This document shows, one piece after another, positions 57,984 to 64,000 of a stretch of DNA of 64,000 bases. Where the stretch lies: NCBI GenBank assembly GCA_964270895.1, contig OZ185449.1; one strand, 5' to 3'. Source of the DNA: Podarcis filfolensis. Taxonomy: Eukaryota. Within the stretch, counting starts at the first letter, position 1. Every line of letters begins with the position of its first letter. Under the pieces are notes generated by a model. It was not told the origin of the DNA. It saw nothing but the letters and a program-made list of their open reading frames with translations, and searched no databases. A program made the translations under genes and the position numbers.

Positions 57984-60900
57984 CTGGAGGATGGAAGGGA
58001 AGGGCAACAAATTTGTGAACTTGGCCCTAACAACCACCCACAGTATTATGTGAAGGACAATGGGTAGTAACATGGGACATGAGTTTGCAGGAAGTAGACA
58101 TTGAGAAGCTGATATTAAAGAGGTTAAATGGAAGAATGGGCATGGGGGAATATGAATATGACATATCTTTCCGGAGGCTAATTCTTACCAGCATTGGGGT
58201 CCCAATCCTCAATGGCAGCAGATAATGATCACAGCATGGAGAGATGCTGTCTGTGAGATCCTCTGGTCTTGCCTCTGACCACCATTAGCCCACATGCTTA
58301 TTTAGGGGGTTATAGACTTTCTGATTCCTCCATCCATCCTCAAATTTTCTATTTAACCCCAAGACTGAGAAGATCACTTATGTAAGTTCACTTTGGAGAA
58401 CAAAACTCTGTTTTAAAATTGTGTTCCAATTGCACTTACCAGCAAATCAAAGCATGTTTGCTCTCTAGAATAAATTGGCATACAAATTGGTGTTCAGGGT
58501 GTACAGAAATGCATAAACTGGGGTAAAGTGTGCCTAACAATGCATTTGTTTGTGAAATTAACATACAATGTTGCATTATATTAGGGGCTTTGCAAAAGCA
58601 AGCATAGCAGAGAAATTAGCACTAAAATACTGGTGAAAAACTTTAAATATGTTTTTGCAAACTGCTGTGGAAATATGGAGAATGAAGTGTATTTCAGATT
58701 AGGAGGTGGCGAGATCAGATTTGTCCATTCCTAACTACAGCTCCTATAATCTCTGACCATTGATCATGCTTGATGCACATGATGGAGTTGGAGCCCAACA
58801 ATATATGAAAGGCTACAGGTTCCCCATCCCTGCCTGACAGCATCTGTGCAGATGCTCTATGTTATGCTTAATAAAGCTGTGGTCCCACTGAATCCAACCC
58901 AACAGTATTTCACCTCTTATTTCTAGGTGTGTGCATAATTTCTAATCGTCCCTTCCTGCACCCCCACCCACCCTGCAAAACTATTGCATGCTGCAGAAGA
59001 GCTTGGATATATGGTGTCATGTGTTTTCTACAGTCTTCCGATGAAAGCTAATTCATTGCAGTTTGATGCTGCACTGCTCTGACCTTTGCAGTATTTTATA
59101 TGTTGAGCAGCTGGCCGCTTTTCGCTTTCCCAGAGGCTAGCAAGGCTGTAAACAGGAAGGAAAGAGGAATAGCAGCCAATCTAATTACAGAATATTGAAA
59201 AGGTCAAAGGAGTGCAGTGTGTGCCACTCTGATTTACAGAATGCACGAGTGGTCCAAAGCCCCAGTGATAAAAAGGAATTGTTATCAGGAATAATAACAT
59301 ACTTACCCGGTGGGAACCATAGTAACTCCACGCATTCGGTGAGGTTTCTGAATAGACCTTTTTGGATTTTGAACAATAGATGTACAAAAACCTCACGCAT
59401 CTAAAAGAGTGTCACCTGCATTATACAGCAAGGCAATATCACAGTGCCTAGCTGTATGGTTGCCAAACAATTTTGGCAGTGGTTGGGGAATTGGATTGGT
59501 TCTGCTTTGGGCCAGACTACCGTGAGTGGAAGAAAATCTTCCTCATACTTTTTTTAAAGCCCTAGATTAGTTGCAGGGAACCTGTGGCCCTCTAGATGTT
59601 GTTGTACCATGGCTCCCATCAGCCCCAGGAATGAGGGATTATGGGATTTGCAGTCCATCAGATTGTGAAGAGTAACATATTTTCTATTCTCGCGTTAGAT
59701 GAATAGTTTTGTATAAGGCTTGACCCACCAGGATTACTAAAAAAACCACATGACTGTGCTTATGAAACCACAGATTGGATCCATCACTGGTTCCATCTCC
59801 AGACCCACTTTGGCTGTGCCCAAATGTCCTGACCAGATGCCAGCATTTATTCTGCAAGAGCTGGCTAGATGGACATAAATATAATAGTTCAGACAATCAC
59901 CCTATATGAGGAACTAATGTTGATCAGGTTTTCAATCTGTTTACCACTTTTTCACAAATAATATTTAGTGTTTTGACATTTGGCTTCTTTGATATTAAAG
60001 GTATTTCACTAGAATTTTATTTCTCTGGGATGTCTTTCTATGATTTTCCCCATGTGCTAGACTGCATGGTTGTTAAGGATAGTTCTAAGAGTATTTCACG
60101 AGCCTCTGTAAGATCTGGTGCCCTCTGGGTTTTGAAAAAGAAAACCCAAACGTCTTTACTGTTTAATATTTCTACATGGAACTTGCTCGCACAGCTGATG
60201 CTTTGGTTAAAGACAAAGCCTGAGGCACTTTGAAGCACCAAGCAGGGTTCTTTGCCAGTGCTGCACAGTGCTTTGAAGTCCCAGCTTCCAGACTTCAAAG
60301 CTCCCAGTCAGCTGATGTCATTGTGATCTCAGGTGACTGACATGTGCGTAGCTATACCCACCCGTCAAATGTGGCCCATAGATCTAGAATTTGATAAGAA
60401 TGTGGCCAGTGGAGTCAGTCTTCCCTGCCCTATAACAAAATTATTGCAGAGGATGCAAAAGTTATTGGGCAATTCCTTCTCACCCCTGGATAAATTTGGA
60501 GAAATTGTATCCACAAGTTCTCTGCTGTTGAAAACAGGACAAGGAATCATGAGAGGCACTTTGTGCCCAAGTCTAGTTTAGCCAAAGTGCTGCATACTTC
60601 CAGGGGACCCTTTTCTCCTCTTGACCTCTAGGGGCAACAGAGTTACATGCATCTCTTAACACGTTTGTTCCTTGCAGCTCTCAAGGTGCAGAGAGCAAAA
60701 ACACACAACAAGATTGGGGTTAATGAAGGTTCAAGAAAACCCAAGATCCGAACTAGAGACTCCGTGTGTGCGGATGAGTACCAATTATTCACTGTGGCGA
60801 TAATTGAATACAGACCTCCTTGCCCTGGAGGGCTCATTGCATTAAACAGAACATAAGGAATTTCCCAGGTATTACTTATAAGCTGTTCTTTGTCCAGAAA

Positions 60901-61249
60901 GAGGCATTTCTGTTCACATCTAATTCTCAGCTAAGTTCATCATTATATGGTTGTTTGCAGGTCATATCGGTGGCTCCTAGGGAGATCTCTTTTCCTTGAT
61001 GACTCAAATAATCAAAGTCAGTTTGTGTGACAAGACTACCAAATACAAACAATGAAGCACCTGTGATAATAACATCAGAGGGAGAATTTCATCAGCGGCT
61101 CTTTTTCTTCTCCTTTTCACGGCAAGTCTGTTGAATATCCATTTTCTGCAGAACTGTCCTCCCTAATCCCTCCCATATCTACCTCTCTCCCTCCCTCCTT
61201 TTATTACATTTCTATCTTACCTTCCCTCTAAGGAGTTGCATGGCACTCT

Positions 61250-61408
61250 TTTCCCCTTCTACCCCCAAAGCAGCCGTGTGAGGTAAAAGTCAGGCTGAAG
61301 GAGAGCGATTGCCATAAGGTCAACTGTTGAGCTTCATGGCTGGGTGAGGATATGAATCAGGGTCTCTCCCAGTCCTAATCTGGAAATCTCAACACTGTGC
61401 CATATTGT
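61250..61408 (-). mobile_element. MIR/Ther1-like (Squam3-type) SINE, degraded
   Basis: gtgtgaggta..gtcaggctgaag.agagcgattgcc.taaggtca...gagcttcatggctg.gtgaggat.tgaatcagggtctc on +. Confidence 0.6.
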
Positions 61409-61601
61409 ACCCCAATATTTATCAAGGTTAAAAGCCTGCAGATATGGCTGTTTGCCCTTAGAGTGTTTAATTTTGTACAGAATTGGAGGTATAAGAGCTA
61501 ATGTGTTGGTCCAGTCAAGTCCATTTTGGGGGGGGGAGGGGAAATTTTTTATATGATTTTAACATATTGTTTTGAAATATTGCTTCTATGTGCACTTCTA
61601 T

Positions 61602-61707
61602 GGGTTGCATCCAGTCCTCGTGCTCACCAGAGTAGACCCATTGAAACTAATGAGCATGACATATGTCCATTATTGTCAACGGGCCTCCTCTAAGCTGGAT
61701 ACAACCC
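61602..61707. mobile_element. Short palindromic MITE
   Basis: TIRs GGGTTGCATCCAG / CTGGATACAACCC (12/13). Body cagagtagacccattgaaa also seen at about 26445-26480. Confidence 0.65.
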
Positions 61708-64000
61708 CGTGAATTTTCAGATTGCCCCTGAAAGAGGAAGTCCTTGCTTCTGAAATGAGCTGGGTACCAAGAAACATCTTGGGGACTTTCTCTCCCCATG
61801 ATGTTTGTTATGACTACTAAACCTTATCCCTTTTTTAATCAGTTCATGGAACAATAGATTCACTGAACAAAGTGAATACTTATTTAGATAACACATAAAT
61901 AAGTTATGAAATTTATGGCCGTAAGATGCAAGTATATTCAAAACATTTTCTCAGAAAATTATCTTGTAATAATTTTTTTGAATACTTGATATTGAAATAT
62001 AGACCACCACCGAAAGAAAGCAATAGGCTACCACAGGAGAGCTGGAAAGAATAAAGGGGCCAAACTCATTACTTTTTCCAACAATATGAAGAGGACATTC
62101 AATCATAATTAACTCTGGATCATCAGCTGAGCCACTTTATTCAGTGGTAGAGATGTTGGGGGAACATTTCACTGAATATTCCTCAGCAGAGGTGTACACC
62201 AATCCAAGTTGAAGCCCATACCAGCTCCTTGGAGTGACCTCCATTTGACCCAGGATGATCTGGGGCTGACCTAACCCAGTTCTGGGCCCTGAACTGATTT
62301 GGGGGATCTTGCACTGTCATGGAGTTGAGGGGAAGGAGATATGCTTCTCCTCCTCCCCCACCCAACCTGCATGTTTAATCAGGATCTAAAACACTAATTA
62401 ACTCTGTGGTAGGGAGGAAGCAGGAGACACAGGTCTCTTCTCCCCTCAACTGCATGTTGAACAAGGGTTTTAGAACTGCTTTAGAACCAATGCTATTGTA
62501 GCAAGTGAAGGTTTTTAGAGGAGGTACTTCTTTCATTAAGGGCTGTAGGTTCAGTGAACAATGCAGGAGCTGCTGCCATTTTGCTCCTAATCTAGCTGCT
62601 TTGCCATTTTTACTCAAAGGAAAATAATAATATAAAAAAGCTAAGCATGTGCTTTGAATAACTGAAATGCAATCCAAGAGGTCAGCAGATTCAGTAATTT
62701 GGACAAAGAAGACACTGTAGTGTTTGCAATGTGCTCAATATTCTAGAGCAGGCTTAATTGATCACGTGGATATGGCTTTATGTGTTGGTATTTGTCTGGC
62801 AATTTTTCATCCTCCTGAAGGGCAGTGCAGCAAAAATGGCATTATGTAATCTCTGTTCACAGGTGGTTACACTGTGGTACACATAGCTAGAAATAGTTTT
62901 TCAGAGCATCATAACCAAATCTCACTCTGAGGTGACATTTATTATTGCTGGTTTATTTATACTGCAGAAAGCTCTGAGCACATCAGAAGATGACCACAGA
63001 GAGAGGTCAAGGTACTAGGGAGTGGGTAGGGCACTGGTCCAATGGAAGGACTGCATGCCTTCCTCAGAATCTAACATTTCTACCCAGAGCCATTCTTATG
63101 AGCTGAGTTGCCAGGCAAAGCACATTGGTTAGGCTGGTGTCATTATGATGATAGTGCTATCAGTGTGCAAGGCACTTTACAAGCCATTGGAGGACAAGTT
63201 CTTGTGCTGAGCAGCTTACAACTTAAAAAGAGGAACTGTTCCTGATAAATAGGGACCTATGGAATATATGGCTTGGGGTTACCTCTGTTCAATCTCTTTT
63301 TGCCACCATTTGAAGCTTTCTTGGAGTGAATACCCAGAGGAGGGCCACAAATGGTAACAGTAGGGTTTGGATATGTTCATGTCAGGACGGTGTCCCATTA
63401 GATACTCAGGTTTTATGCCATATGTCTTCATAAATGCATGAATGTTACCAACACACAAAGAAAGTCTTTGGATCACTGTCTACCACTTCAAAAAATTACT
63501 GATTGGATATAAGGTGCTTTAGAGGTTGTCCAAATTGGCTCAGTGTCTAAATCTAAATCACATTTTAATGCTATATTTTAGATTGTGGTAACCTGCCCTG
63601 GAATCTTCTATTAAATAAAGCTTTTTGCCCCTACTTCCAATCCTTATTGTAAGTGGGGTATATCTGCTTTTTGACAGAATTGGAAGAAATTTGCAGGCAC
63701 AGTATCCCCTCCTAGGTGGATAAAACCTGATAATAACAGACAAATAGTTTAAGTATTGTTGTTGTTTATAAAGGGGTGGATTTTAAAGCCCCCCCATGAA
63801 GTATCTATAACTCTCCCCTTAGTTTTTGGTACAAGCATGTGAAATTTGCAGACAATATGACCTCTTCTAAGGAAATGAATCCTACCAAATTTCAGAAAGA
63901 TTAAAAACTTTATTGAAAGGGCAGATTTTGCAGTTTTTGGGTGGTTTCAAAAAAGATTCACTTAATCTCCTGTTTTATGGGTGATTTGTATGGAAGAAGC

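Overview
Vertebrate nuclear DNA from a squamate reptile: Sauria SINEs, young L2, CR1 and tRNA-derived SINEs are present, and the Sauria SINE subtypes suggest a lacertid lizard (inference). The window is AT-rich, repeat-rich intronic or intergenic sequence with one 139-N assembly gap (35515-35653). I could not confidently identify any protein-coding gene. There is no rRNA, intact tRNA gene or CRISPR array. Most ORFs in the supplied track are chance ORFs or read through transposons. The supportable content is a layered transposon record: 5 Sauria SINEs, about 10 tRNA-Ala-like SINEs, tRNA-Lys-like and MIR-like SINEs, L1/L2/CR1/Penelope fragments, hAT and Tc1/mariner-type MITEs with target-site duplications (TSDs), and 3-4 solo LTRs. 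Several elements are nested, which gives a relative insertion order. The best leads are (i) a ~130-150 bp imperfect inverted repeat around a ~590 bp spacer at 6298-7160, (ii) an unidentified 454-nt open candidate terminal exon at 13839-14292 (-) with phase-compatible upstream candidate exons, and (iii) a hairpin formed by two inverted L2 3' ends at 38393-38531. I found no convincing evidence of a new multi-gene system. Boundaries of old, degraded repeats are approximate.
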